DNA of 64,000 bases. Origin: Takakia lepidozioides (taxonomy: Eukaryota; Plantae; Bryophyta). Made by a program: the position numbers and the translations under genes. Below, in pieces: positions 45,601 to 63,101 of this stretch. The stretch is taken from contig CM060731.1 of NCBI GenBank assembly GCA_030704615.1, positions 68,324,001-68,388,000 on the forward strand, in the 5' to 3' direction. Position 1 is the first letter of the stretch; each line of letters starts with the position of its first letter. Under the pieces are notes generated by a model. It ran no database searches and was not told the origin of the DNA. It saw nothing but the letters and a program-made list of their open reading frames with translations.

Positions 45601-48572
45601 ATTGCTAACTTTGTGGGGTGGAGGGGCTTGTGTTAGGCTGCATCAAAGCGCGCAAAGGAAGGGGGGACTGAGGCTGTGGCGAATGCTACTGGTCCACCTA
45701 CGAGATGGGTGCAACAAGGCCCGAATGGCCCATGGGTGCAATCCAGAGGTGGGCAAACGTGGCTGCAGCAAGGAGCACCTACCTGGCAGCAGCCCATGGC
45801 CTCTCCACAGACGACGAACACGTGGTCATGGATTCCAAGTGGGTCCAATGGAGGACCCCAAGGAGCTTGGGTACAAGGAGGTGCCCAAACTTGGGGCCCT
45901 CCATGCAACGCCGCTGGTGGGCAGTGGGCAGGCCCCCCTTTTAATGGTGCTGCTCCTCCATTCACCCCCCCTGCTGGTGATGATCAAGATTCCACACAGC
46001 AAGGGGATGTGGCGTCACAGGCTGCAAACAAAAAAAGACAAAAAAGGCTGGCTGCAAAGGAACATGAAACTGATGCGAAAGCCGGCAAATCTGTTGGGCT
46101 GAAGCCGCACAAGGTAGTAGACCAGGGGTGTGAGGGGAAGGATTACTGGCAGAGCTCTTTGCGGGGACTCTGCATCAGATATCTTGATCCTAGCATTTTG
46201 CTAGCAGACAAGCAGGAACCCAGTGACATGGCCAAGGTTAAGGAATCCATGGACGCGGATTTTGAGTACTATCCTAAACTTATGAGCGTTTACAAGTTCC
46301 AGAAAGCATGTGGGAGGATTATAAAAGTACACCGCCAAAAGTTAAAGCTGGTGTGGTTGGCTGGAGGTCCATGCCCTCCGAGTGTAGAGTCCTGCCATTG
46401 GGATGCATTGGTGAAGTACTGGGATTCCCCCAAGGGCAAGAAAGAGAGTGAGAACATGAAGAGAGCACGATCCAATGTTACCAACCCATCGAGGGTTGGA
46501 AGAGTAGGGTTGGCCGGACAGGCCCGACGCTTGGTAATATGAATATCTGCACCGCATTTTAGTATATATATACATCTATATGTATGTACATATATACACA
46601 TGCATGTGATGGAGTAGGATACCATCTCTGCCCTGTGAGGTAGTTGCAAACTGTCACTACAGTCATGCCTCTGTAAACGCCCCATTTGTTTGGATGAATA
46701 GGGGCTAATTTTTTTTTTGTTGTGGCCCTGGCAGAAGAAAGAGAGAGCACGAAGTCCAAGCATCACTGAGCTGGCACACGCATTGAAGACGGACAAGGGT
46801 TTAGGCTCCCATTCAATTGGAGGTGCACAGGTAAATGGCGTGGGGGTATTTTTTTTTGGTTGCATTCATTTTGCTGGAGCAGTAGCCAGGCCATGCGGGC
46901 TGATAATGTGTCTTTCTTTGGCTGTATAGGGAGGAGGCAGTGTGATGCAGTCTCGACTGTCGTCCCTTGAGGACAGTGTGCTTGCCTTGGCAGACGTTCA
47001 GATCCCGACGATTGAGGGCGAATTGGCCACTATAAAAGCAGAAGTTGCTAAGGCTTATGCGGACAATAGCAAAAAACTGGATGCATTGATGGCAATGATG
47101 TTGGGAATGTCAGCAACCGCCCCTCCTCCAACTACTATCCCAATATGTACTATTATTGAACCTTGCGATTCTGACGCAGGCTTGGGAGGCAAGACTGCTA
47201 CGGAGAAGGTGGTTTGTGCACCTTCACCCCAACTTATTTTTGTGGTTGTCATCCATTCAGTGTTAGTTGACTTTGAAGTTTACTGCTCTGGTATGTTTTG
47301 CTTGGGTGCAGGGAGAACCTCTTGAGGTTGGGGAAAAGCCAAAGTCATCTGCCATTGAGGACCTTGTGGTGACCCAAGTAAAATTGGGGCGCAAGGGAAT
47401 TCCTGATAAATTGCCATGTAAGAAGGGAGGTGGAGTTGGCGGGACAACAATATTGGCTACTGGTGAGGACGTCTGCTCCACCGAGAGTGCTGGTAAGGGT
47501 GACAGTAGGGGGTTGGCAGATCAGCATGTGAAGCCAACTTCCCCACAGAAAGAGGTACGCCCTCAAAGACTTTGTCTTGGTTCCTGTCCTTGGGCTTTCT
47601 GTTTTTGACTTTGAAAACATTTCATGAATGATCTATTTATTGGTGTGTGCCATGAATTCTATGCATCAGGTATGGTAAGACATACTCATGTACTATACCT
47701 TGTTGTTTTGTTGGCATGTAGAAGGGGACTAAAGCAGAGGACCCTGCCCCAGCCATCGTGAAGAGAGCTGAGAAGAAGTACATGCGAAAAGGAGAGCGTG
47801 TAACCAGAGGCACTGCTGCCAAAGGCACAAAGTCCTTGACTGATGCAAATGGTGACATAACACCAAGTTCTAGCGGGAGTAAGAGTCAGGTGGGCCTTCA
47901 GGAGGCACCTCTCCATGCAACAGTTTCCGTACTAGAGGTGAGCATGCATGCACCTGTTGGCTATCAGTTCTGTACAATGTGGCCATTTACATGTTGGGTA
48001 CTTCAAACTATTAGTAGATGCATTGCTAAATGAAACTGCTAAGGGGTGTTGGGCGTGATGTGTGCAGGCTGAGAAAGCCGCTCTTGATACTGCCACTGAC
48101 AGTGCACCAACTGCGGCGCCTTCAAAGGCAACCCCCAAATATCAACCCCCGGCCACAGTGGCAGATATTCTTATGCTACCAAAAGTACTCTACACTTTCA
48201 GTGATTGCGTATACTGGGCGGTCCTCATTATCTAGTTTTCAATGTACATGTATGTCTTCATGGGTTGATTAATGTGGGTTTTATGGTGGGTGCTGTGTGC
48301 AGTTTAAGTTGAAGGACAAAATCAGCCTGTATGATCCTCATTTACCACGACACAGGGCTGCCAGTGGAATTGTCATTGGTGTGCCTGGCAAAGATACATG
48401 TCACTGCCGTGTTATACCTGAGGGATTGTGGCGGGTTGAGGTAAATGATATCTATATTGCCAATTGTGTCTTGCCTCACCCTAACGAGGAAGAGGTCCCA
48501 CCGCAAACAATGTTGGAGGATGTCGTTGGTCTGAATTGTCTTTGGCCAGAGAAGAACATGAAGAGGGCTTAG
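42617..48572 (+). pseudogene. CACTA second gene (TnpA/Ptta-like), multi-exon, interrupted by a LINE
   Basis: EYERYRAIRVAEN (42591 ORF); CPPSVESCHWDALVKYWDSPKGKKESENMKRARSNV..GRVG (Transposase_24-like); C-terminal GLWRVEV...LPHPNEE..LEDVVG..LWP. Exon structure only partly resolved. Confidence 0.65.
43651..45193 (+). mobile_element. 5'-truncated LINE (RT C-terminal half plus CCHC finger) in a TC microsatellite
   Basis: LSPLLFNVFI, LMFADD, YTYLGVQF, CLLCG..EDNIHFLIHC; 10-bp TSD TCTCACCCTT (43641-43650 and 45194-45203). Confidence 0.9.
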
Positions 48573-49654
48573 ATTTCGTTCGCCCGGGCATAGACATTGC
48601 TGGCAGTGAGAAGAAGGCATGAAAGCAGTTCAATGTTCCTAGCATGCATGCGGAGACGCCGTGTACAAGTTAGGCTTAGTGCTTTTATCATGGCTGGATT
48701 TTGTTGACAGTGTTCCAGCACTTAACTCTCTGGGATTGTATTCTATTTTGTGGAGCTTGAATCCCCAATGGTACTTCTTTAAATACTACACTAGGGGTAT
48801 GTGTTCCTCTAGTCATGTTCATAATCACTTGCACATCACTGTAATAGTGGTATAATTTAAAACTGTGGGAGTAGCCAAATGCACACAATTGCCTACATTA
48901 CCACTTATATAGTGGTATAAGTAGTCACATATATATTACTGTACTAGTGGTATGAATTCCTCCAGTGGTATTCCTAATCACTTACACACCACTCTGTTAG
49001 TAATGACTCCAATCCATAGTTCCCACTTAGAGAGACACCATGAATGACTCAAATAGCTTACACACCACTCTATGGGTAATCATTCCAATGACCTGCTGAG
49101 AGACATCATCCACTCACATAACCACTATGTGAGTGATATTGTATATTCTCAGTTTTCATAGAATGACTCTATGAGTCATTTTGTGGTCACTCAACAAGTG
49201 GTTTCGGAAGTCATTGAATGTTTCACTCCATCCATTTCGTAGCACTGACACACGACACGTGTCCATGCTGAGAGCGTCGCCATGTGTCGACATAATCTCC
49301 AATATCATCCACGGACCACCGGCTTACACGTCTCCACTACAAAACGGAAGTGGTTACTTTACCACTATGACACGTCAGTTTACCACTGTGACACGTCATA
49401 AGTGGTTGGTTTACCTCAGTGACACGTCATTGACATGTCACAATGGTTAATTTACCACTGTGACACGTCAGCTAACAGGTGGACCCGGACGTGAGTGGTT
49501 TGAACCACTGTCCTTAACCACCGGTGCCACGTAATGTCTTTTACCACTCACTTGTCCTAATGCTTCATCACTCTGGGGCCAGAGTGGTTTAGTGTCTTTT
49601 ACCACTCAAAGTGAGTGGTTAACAGAGTGGTTATTCCGCGTTTTTCTTCTAGTG

Positions 49655-49865
49655 ACATAGTTGCCGCTCCTCTTCCACCAAGAAATTCTTCACCTTCGAG
49701 TGTTTGGTAGGAGCAGGTAGAGCCAATGGAATGCAAATGGTGGAAAGCTGCGAGAGCGCTCCAGAGGTTGTCATCCTGCTGATGAGGCATGTTCTGTTGC
49801 TTGTTCAGCGCACTGAAAGAAGTACGATTATTCTGTGTGCGGAACCATTTTCCGTGCCCATACAT
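49655..49865 (-). pseudogene. Harbinger ORF2, upstream part
   Basis: KHSKVKNFLVEEERQLC continues directly into RSFLAVSQDP at 37808 once the CACTA and one TSD copy are removed; the start position is uncertain. Confidence 0.75.
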
Positions 49866-50793
49866 TACGGGATTTACAGTTCCTTACAAAGGGTGGGGTG
49901 CCGTTTGTGTCCAAAATGGCACTGAAAATGGCCCTTTGGCGTTGGCGGGAGGTATTCCGCGTGAGGGTGGAGATGCTCTAAGGGGGCTTGCTTGCAAAGC
50001 CCACCAAAGGGAGCCAGAAGAAACCTTGTAAAATAAATACCCCTTACCCTCTTTATATACTCTCTTAAGGCGGCGGTGGAGCCTTCTAGAAGGGCCCACC
50101 CCCTCATCCTCCTTATGGAAAGCTCTAGAAGTAGAAGGAGGGCCCACCCTCCTACTTCTATGCTAGTGTGGGCATACTCATGTTTACATGCAGTCAAGCC
50201 ACTTCATTCCTCTCCAACCCTCCCACGATCCCATGCGATTGGCTGTCCCCATATCCGGTTTTCCGACCTTCCCAAACTCCCCAAATGAAAGGGATACATA
50301 GTCTCTTCTCTTGGGTTCACACGGCATGCTTGCGGTGTGTATGCTTTATGGCTCTATTCGGGTTTTATTTTTCCCCGTATTTAACAAGCCTAAAACGGCG
50401 ACGGGAACTCTTGCTTTGGCAAAACACAAGAGAAAGGTGAGAGTAATTAGGGGCATTTTTTTTTGTTTTTTTTTAAAACAATTTAAGGGGCATGATGCAG
50501 CACAATCAGACCAATAGGAGCCTTGACACAGTGTTAGGTCCATTTATCACATTTTCTCCATTGACTTGAACATATTGCAAAGTCTATCTATGCAAGAGAG
50601 CCAATAAAATGCTGGAGGACCAATGTCCAATTTGGGACGAATCAGCCAATGCCACCGCATCTTTAGGTTCCCTGTCCAAGACTTCAAATGGCACACCTAT
50701 GTTATAGCCTGCAAGCCTAGGATATTTGGAGCCGTAGCCCAGAAGGGCTAAGGGTTTGGGAGCTCCTCTGGCTACCCGGCCATGCTTTCATGG

Positions 50794-51375
50794 GCCTCTC
50801 ATTTCTGAATAATTGGGAGTTTATGTCTGACGTGTGGGCCAGGGAGCCCGCGACCGCCCGGTGGGTCTGCTGGCGTCCAACGGTCTGCTCCCGGGTCCGG
50901 GTTTGCTGGTGTCCAATGGCGGGTCCGGGTCTACTCTCGTCTAATGTAGGGTGTGCAGCCGGAGACCCGCCGCAGACCACTCCGCCATCTCGGGACTTAG
51001 AAACTTTTCCAGGACTCGCCTGTAAAAAAATCATCATTAATGCACTGCACATCACTAAATCCACCACAGCGCCAGTCAGATTTGAACCTGCAACCTCATG
51101 GACACCATCCACAACACCCAACCACCACACTATCCACTGTTGGCTACTACTCCATCTGTTTTTTATTTGGTTATAATAGAAAAGGGGAGCTGTCAGCCCC
51201 AACGTGGCCTAGGAGGAGGGTGGACCCTACCTGAGCAGACCCTCACAGGGTCAGGGGCAGCAGACCCTTGAGCAGACCCCGCGGGGCTCTGGGGGACTTG
51301 AGGCGTCCGTGCGTGGGGCCCGTTGCCTGGTGCACACGTGATCCTTAAACTCCCAATTATTCAACAATGAGAAGC
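50794..51375. mobile_element. MULE-type MITE, copy 1
   Basis: TIRs GC(C/T)TCTCATT..TGAATAATTGGGAGTTTA; 9-bp TSD CTTTCATGG (50785-50793 and 51376-51384). Confidence 0.9.
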
Positions 51376-52016
51376 CTTTCATGGGCCACTCCAACCCTCA
51401 ACCCTATCAAACCCCTGCCCTAGGTTTGGCCCACCCCTCATCGGAGTGTTTCTCGAGCCGCTCAAGCCGCGAGCTCTGCCGCCATCGCGGCTCCACTTCC
51501 TCTAGCCCCCTGCTATGAGCCCATGGTGTTGGCCGGAGCTGCCATCGCCGTCGATCTCAGGCTAGGGCGCAGGCCTGGGAATACCCAGACCGCCATACCC
51601 CTGTGGAGCAATCAATGGGTTTGGGAAGCGTGCCGCCCATCCCTTTATGGAGTATCATACATTCACCCAACCTGACCGCAGTTGCCATGTCAGCAACTTG
51701 GGCAGGTTACGGGTGCCAAAATGGCCTCAAAAAGCTGAGTTGGCCCCCTTCCAATTGGTCTAGACCCCTACCCCTTCAGGCATTGACCAATTGGCCAATG
51801 CCATATAAAGGGGGCCCGATTATCTGTCGATTGAGCCCAAAAAAAGGGCCAATCAGCCTCAACCACAGGAAGTTATGGCTGGTTAAGCTAACCCAACCGG
51901 CGCAAAACGGGTCGGTTTGACACTTAAGGGTTAAGAGAATAAAAAAAAGAAAAAAAGAAGAAAAAAAAGTAAAAGAAGTGGCCAACATGTCATAAAGTCA
52001 TGAATGAGCTCTTAAA

Positions 52017-52786
52017 GCCTCTCATTTTTGAATAATTGGGAATTTAAGGCGCACGTGCATGCCAAGCAGCGGGCCCATGCACGGACGTCGGGCGCCCCCG
52101 CGACCACCCGGAGGGTCCGGGTCTGCTCGCAGGTTGGGTCTGTTGGCAGGTCGGGTCTGCTGACAGGTCGGGTCGGGTCTGCTCACTGCTCAGTGCTCGC
52201 AGGTCGGGTCTCCTCGTGGGTCTTGGGTCCAACTGAATGGTCTGCTCGTCGCGCCGCAGCCCGCCCGCGGGACTTAGAAATTTTTGCAGGAAAACTCGCC
52301 CATCAAAAAGAGGGTCATTAATACACGTGCAACGCCAGCCGAAACCATCATTAACACACATTTGGGGCAACCAGATTTCACACAATTTCATAGGTACCAC
52401 TCATGCCCAACCACCACACTACCCACTGCTTGCTGATACCCTAACATTTTTTTTCTCTCTTAACCTACAAAACAACCGCAGTCAGCCCCAACGCCACCTA
52501 GGGTCAGGGCCTGCGGACCCTACCTCGCGAGAGACCCACCCGAGCTGAGTCTCGCCTAGGGTCAGGGCTTGTGGACCCTACCTAGCGGCAGACCATACCT
52601 GGTGGCAGACCCACTCTTGTGGCAGACCCACCCGGGCCTAGTCTCGCGGCGGACCCATCCTCGTGGCAGACCCACCCGGGCCGGGTCATTGGTCGCGGCG
52701 GGGCCACCCAAAAGAGCCCCACACGTCTGTGCGTGGGGCCCGCTGTGTGTGAGCCTTAAACTCCCAATTATTCAACAATGAGAATC
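52017..52786. mobile_element. MULE-type MITE, copy 2 (same family)
   Basis: Same TIRs; 9-bp TSD GCTCTTAAA (52008-52016 and 52787-52795); internal GCAGACCC repeats. Confidence 0.9.
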
Positions 52787-53164
52787 GCTCTTAAATACAA
52801 AAAAACTGATGTTATCTTAGATTAAAGAATATTCTTATGCAGTCGTTACGTATTGTTTGAGGTCCATAGTATATTGGAATCGTTTACAGAATGGCTTATT
52901 TCGGCTTCCGTACTGGTGTAACGTGTTACGTACTGGGCTGCGTACTAAATGTGCTGCTACTCAATGCTTACGTCCAGCAATGATCCATGCTTACGTCCTT
53001 CCATGGATCGGCTGCTAAAGGCGGGCCAACTCAGAACTGTAAAATCCATGCACAGAGCATTTGAATACATATGTCAAAGCCTGTCACGCGCGCCTGGCAT
53101 CTGCAAGATCTGCAAGCCCGCTTTTTGTTCATTTAAATGAGCGTGCAAACGAGGCTGCTGCTAC

Positions 53165-53330
53165 TTATGGAGCTCCTTAACTTAGCGCTGGTTCGGGTAT
53201 ACATGCACAGGTCTACTGATTAGATTGTGCGAGTTTAAGTGAAGACCGAAGCTGCAGGAGTTATGGAGCTCCTTAAGTTAGCGCTAGTTCGGGTATACAT
53301 GTCACAGGTAGACTGATTAGATTGTAAGTG
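53165..53330. repeat. Two-copy direct duplication (~97-bp period) just upstream of the P450
   Basis: ttatggagctccttaa(c/g)ttagcgct(g/a)gttcgggtatacatg...actgattagattgt occurs twice. Confidence 0.8.
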
Positions 53331-53410
53331 AAGAGACTGAGATTGAAGCTGCAGGGCTTGAGAAGGGTTGATGAGTGGATTCTAGATATTGGAGGGCTCC
53401 GTGTGTAGGT

Positions 53411-56400
53411 ATGACAAACTTGGTTGGGATCGACAGACTGTGGCAAGTGTATACGGGAACAGTGATCAGAAATGGGGTCGCTTCGGGTTCACTCTTTGCA
53501 CTGCTGTTTGGCACTCTGGTGTTGTGGCTGGTTTTCCGGATTATTCCTTCGCAATCAGAGAAGAATCGGCTCAAAGGCCGGCCCCCACTTCCACCGGGTC
53601 GATTCGGGCTTCCAGTCATTGGGGAGACACTTAGCTTCCTCTCAGCGATGCGCATGAACAGACCCGAAGATTTCTATCAGGCAATCCCAAGGACGCGCGA
53701 CTAGATCATGAATGCAGCTTGTTTAGATGCTTACACTAGACTTACGTGAACTCGAATGATGGAGGTCTTGTTATATATGCGGGAGCTATGTTATTGGAAA
53801 CCTCGGATGTCATGAAGGGAACATGAAGACGTAGTGGGTGTGATTCACATGGGTAAGGGCGGAGTGTTGAACAGACGAAGCGATTCTGGAGCATCAATCA
53901 CCCACTTCCGTTCTCTTGCATGTCGACGTCAGCTTAGCGTGCCAGCTGTTGCGATCCAATTTGGAAGGAAAAGTTCTGCCACGGGCAGCTGAGCTATTAT
54001 ATTAGTTTTGAGATCCGTGGCAATCGTCTGCCAATTCTTTGGATCCACTTAGCGATCATCCGGGTAGCATGAATGAGATACGGTGTCCACAATAGGTCAA
54101 TTTCGAAGTCGCAACACTGTGATATGAAATTCTGCCAAATGATCTCATGGTTTGATCTGGTCGCAGACTCGGGCGGAGAAATATGGAAGGGTGTTCAAAA
54201 CATCGCTGATGGGTGACCAGACTGTATGCATGCCCGCGCCCGATAGAAACAAGTTCGTGTTTGCCAATGAGAACAAACTGGTTCGAGTTTGCGTGCCCAG
54301 CTCATTTGTCATCTTTCTTGGAAAGGAGGTCTATACCTTCAGCACGCCTGAATATCACAGGTAAATAATACTCCTTGTTCAAATGATTGTCTTTTGAAAT
54401 GGACAAACTTGTCAATTGATGACACTGGACAAAAACAGTGAACGATTAGTTTTACAAGCTTCCTTCGAACTGGTACCTATTTCAACGATGTTCAGCCGTA
54501 GAACTTACAAGTTCCAGATCCTGTTACTTGGTCTTGATCCTCCCAGTGCTTGGATATGTGGGCAGCTGCCAATGCCTCCACTCTTGGCACAAAGCTCTGA
54601 ATCGATTCAGGATTGAGGAAGGTCATGAGGACGCGGCGGGTGCTTCTGCGCAATGATTTTCGTTAAGATTAGTTCAAAGCAGCAGTGCTCATTGCGCTCA
54701 CTTGTAACAACCTTTAGGAATTCTTATCGGGCGTCGCATTGTCTGACAATGGCAAGGTCGAGTACGTGCACATTGTTTGGATGGCAAGCTTGTTGGAAGT
54801 TGATGATTTCTTCCTACATGCAGTCTTACTTGTCTTTCTGAATCCTAAGTAGAGCAGTGATCATCATACCACACGACATGTGGTCATGTAAGTAACAGAC
54901 ATACGAGACTATCCGCTTTAGAAAACGGAACCCTCAACAGACTTTTGGATGCATTCAACACTATGGTGGAAGGCCTCATGGACTTTCCCATCGATATCCC
55001 GGGCACTCGTTTCTGGAAAGCTAAACGTGCTCGTCAGACCCTCCTCAGCAGCCTCGGCGCCATCACTACAAGAAGGCGCCAGGTAACGAGAACCTCTTGT
55101 ACACTCAAAGCTGGATCCACCATATAATCTCCCAGGTGCTAGTACACTTGCTACATATTGCAATTCAAGCTCATGAGCTGGATGACCGTTTTTGATGAGA
55201 TCTTTGGCGAAGCAGATGATGTACTTGACTCGGGTCAATAATCTACACCTCCTCCGAGATTTTTTCTATGCTTTGAACAGTTGTTGTCTTTCTTTCTTTT
55301 CAAAGATCAGGGAGTGGTCAAGCATTGTTATGACCATGGATGCTCTGTACCATGGCAGGAACTCAAAGACAAACGCGCATCGCCGCATCAAGACCTTCTG
55401 TCGGTGCTCCTGACGACGCCGGACGAGAATGGACAGTTCCTCAGCGAGGAAGCCATCCAAGACAACCTCATCCTGGTCATGTTTGCTGGCCATGACACCA
55501 CTGCCGTCACCCTTTCCATGACGTTGCGCCTCTTGGCTGAAAATCCGACCTGCGTGAACGAGATTTTGGAAGGTAGCCTTCATCTCACGTACATTGTCCG
55601 AAGTACCTTTCCTGTGACATCATTGATATGGGAGATGGCATGACGAAAGTGGGTGAGGCTGCTTCCCAGTGTGCACAGCGTGTGAGGTTGAGGCCAACCT
55701 GCCCTGTCATCAAGTGGTAGATTGAACACACTGCGAAGATGAAGTTGTTTGAATAATTTGCGACAAGCAAATTGACCAGCACACTAGAAAGATGAGAATT
55801 ACATTTAAAGGCTCACCTCCCAACCACAGAAGATGCTTCGATGGTGCTCAGTGCTTACAGGCCGAGCTCAGTCTCAATATATAATCATGAAGTCGCTAGT
55901 ATACCAGCAAACTGTCATAACATGGGCTAAGAAAGAAGTGAAACAACTTAGAACTTACTCTAGAGCTCTATTAACTTATCTCTTCACATTCTACTGGGCT
56001 TACTTGCTTCAGCAGGAGCTGACCTTCTTTTCTTCTTCTCTTTCCAGTAGAAGTGCAAGCTTACTGATCATTCTGTACTAGTTGCCAGAGCTAAGACAGA
56101 TTGAGGCAGAGAGGGAACCTGGAGCAGTACTGAATTGGACGGACACGAGGCACATGAAGTACACATGGCGCGTAATCCAAGAAAGTATGCGCATACTACC
56201 AGTGGTGCCACTCATCTTTCGGGAGGCGATTACCGATTTTGAATTCGACGGCTTTACAATTCCCAAGGGCTGGAAGGTACATCCTGCTCGGATCCACCCA
56301 CTAGCATCTACTTCTCACTTTGTCCCTCTTCAATATTGGGCTCCAATGCTCCAAGCACGAGATTTTATTGTCATGGGCTTCATCGATCAAAACCACTTAA

Positions 56401-56905
56401 CCTCATGTCAATAACTCGTCGAAAACAATCAGCATTGTCGGATATCACAGTAACTCGCATGATCTGCTCACACTTTCTAAGAACTAGGCCTAAGAAAATC
56501 ATAGATTCACAACTCTCGATTGAAGAAAGCTTGAATTCTGAAGCCAGAGATCTTACTCATCAGTATGTCAACTGTATCACTATGTCGCAGGTGATATATT
56601 CATCATATCGCTCCAACATGGTCCCAGAGTACTTTCCTGAGCCACGCAAATTCGACCCCTCCCGATTTGAAGGCACGGGACCTCCTCAGTACACGTTTGT
56701 ACCATTTGGAGGAGGTATACACAGCTGCCCTGGCTATGAGTTGGCCCGGTTGGTGATGTTGGTGTTTCTGGATCAGTTTGTTAGACGCTTACAATGGTCG
56801 CTTGTTCACCCCAATGAGGAAGTCACCGTCGACCCCATCCCACGTCTGAAAAAGGGCCTGCTCTTGAAAGTTGCAAAGAGTACCAACGTGAAGAACACTA
56901 CTTAG
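53411..56905 (+). pseudogene. Cytochrome P450, CYP85 clan (CYP716-like), exon 3 inverted
   Basis: TM anchor plus PPLPPGRFGLPVIGETLSF; KYGRVFKTSLMG; I-helix FAGHDTT; ExxR QESMR; FDPSRF; heme motif FGGGIHSCPG. Exons ~53411-53680 (GC donor), 54167-54360, [54509-54645 on minus strand], ~54915-55082, 55359-55572, 56089-56276, 56591-56905. Confidence 0.85.
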
Positions 56906-58107
56906 TGTAGCTGACCTTATTGCACACTACCGTTCTCGAGATTGGGTTGTCTACTGCGTCCCTCGTATCTCTTCCCACAAGTTTATCCCGTGCGTGCAAA
57001 ATCGTGCGTGGTCACTCTTACAAACTCTTTTTGTGGAACAAGCAAGGGTTAGATTTGATACAAATGCGCTTCAGGCATGTAGAAGAATCCATGGTGAGAA
57101 TCGACACCGGTCTGTAAGTAAATTTTTTGTAGAAACGATTGACACGACCTGGATAAACTGGTGAGTACGGCTTTTCAGGACTGGCAGTCAGGATTTCGAA
57201 GAAGCGTGCTCGGCACTGCACATGAATGTTCTGAGCTATGCTTTGACAACCGCCCAAACCAAATGCTGCAATGTGCCTGCCATCTTCTGTGTTTGACGGC
57301 TAGATAACCTCCAGCGGATTTAAAGAAGGCACATGGTGAAGAATTGAATCCAGGGACCAGGATCACCTGGCTATGCACGGGGCACACACAAGCGACCATT
57401 GCGCTGCGAAAGAAAGAAAGAATCGGGTTTCAAATTACAAAAGTTGTATAGTGAAAGAACTGGAAACGAAGGTCTGTCAAGTTTTGCTTTGCAGAAAAAT
57501 CGGTGTTTCGTGCAAAACTTTGCTGATCAGTGGACGCGGCGACGCGAGTTGGAAGGGACAAGAGACGAGACAGAGAGTGAGGCTCCAGTTGGCGCAATAT
57601 GCGTGCCATCGGATGCTTGAGAATCGTGGAGCTCCGTGGCGCCTCGGACTTAGTGGCCCACGGCTAGTCTTGGAGTTATCCCTCCCAATTTGGGGGCTCG
57701 CGTTCCAGTTTCCTAACCTGGAGAGACGGCCTAGTTGCGCTTGGAGGAAGGGACAAATCCTCAGTGCACGAGCATGCTGGGAATTTAACTCTTCGATGCG
57801 GTGAATGCCCGATTGATGGTTAGAAAGGAATGGAATTCAGGTTGCAATCCTTTTCATCAAGCATACAATGGATGGCTGTTGCTGCTGGGAATGTCAACTT
57901 CTTCGTTATATCGATCAGTTGTTCTAAAAAGGGTGCACGGGAAGCCACAGTGGTTTTTCACTCTGGAGTGCTGATTCCCTAGGCTGTCTCTCTCTGGCAC
58001 AGAGAAATCCGTGGAAATTCAGTATCTCTCTGTTTCTCCCTTATCATTGGTGCCGCACGCTTTCTGGCAGGCCAACCCAGCACCTCCTGTCCCGTTTTCC
58101 CTCAGAG

Positions 58108-62726
<4,619 letters not shown>

Positions 62727-63101
62727 GAGGCAGTAACTTATTCATTTGCGAGGGGAGCTAAGGACCAACAAACCAATGGTATCTGAATGATTTGGGCTAG
62801 TTGATTTTTAGTTACCTTGGACATATACTGGCAATAGTGATTTTTGTAAAAGAGTTTGAGATGTTATGGTGATAAGTGTTAGAATGTAGTATATGTTGTC
62901 AAAACATAGGGACAATATGGTGATTTGCTTACTACATAGGTTTAGTGGGTTATTGCAATACTGTACATTCAACTCTCATGGAAAGTGTGAAATGTAACAT
63001 CCAACAATTTCCCTTGTAACAGTACAGAAGCTAACTATTAAGACTTTGTTAACAAACTGTCAAGATTTGTCCATCAAACTATGTTACTTTTTTCAGAGAC
63101 T

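Larger units (their letters stand above)
37812..49654. mobile_element. CACTA (En/Spm) DNA transposon, 11.8 kb
   Basis: 29-bp TIRs CACTAGAAGAAAAACGC(A/G)GAATAA(T/C)CACT; 3-bp TSD ACA (37809-37811 and 49655-49657); dense ACCACT/AGTGGT subterminal repeats. Confidence 0.97.
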
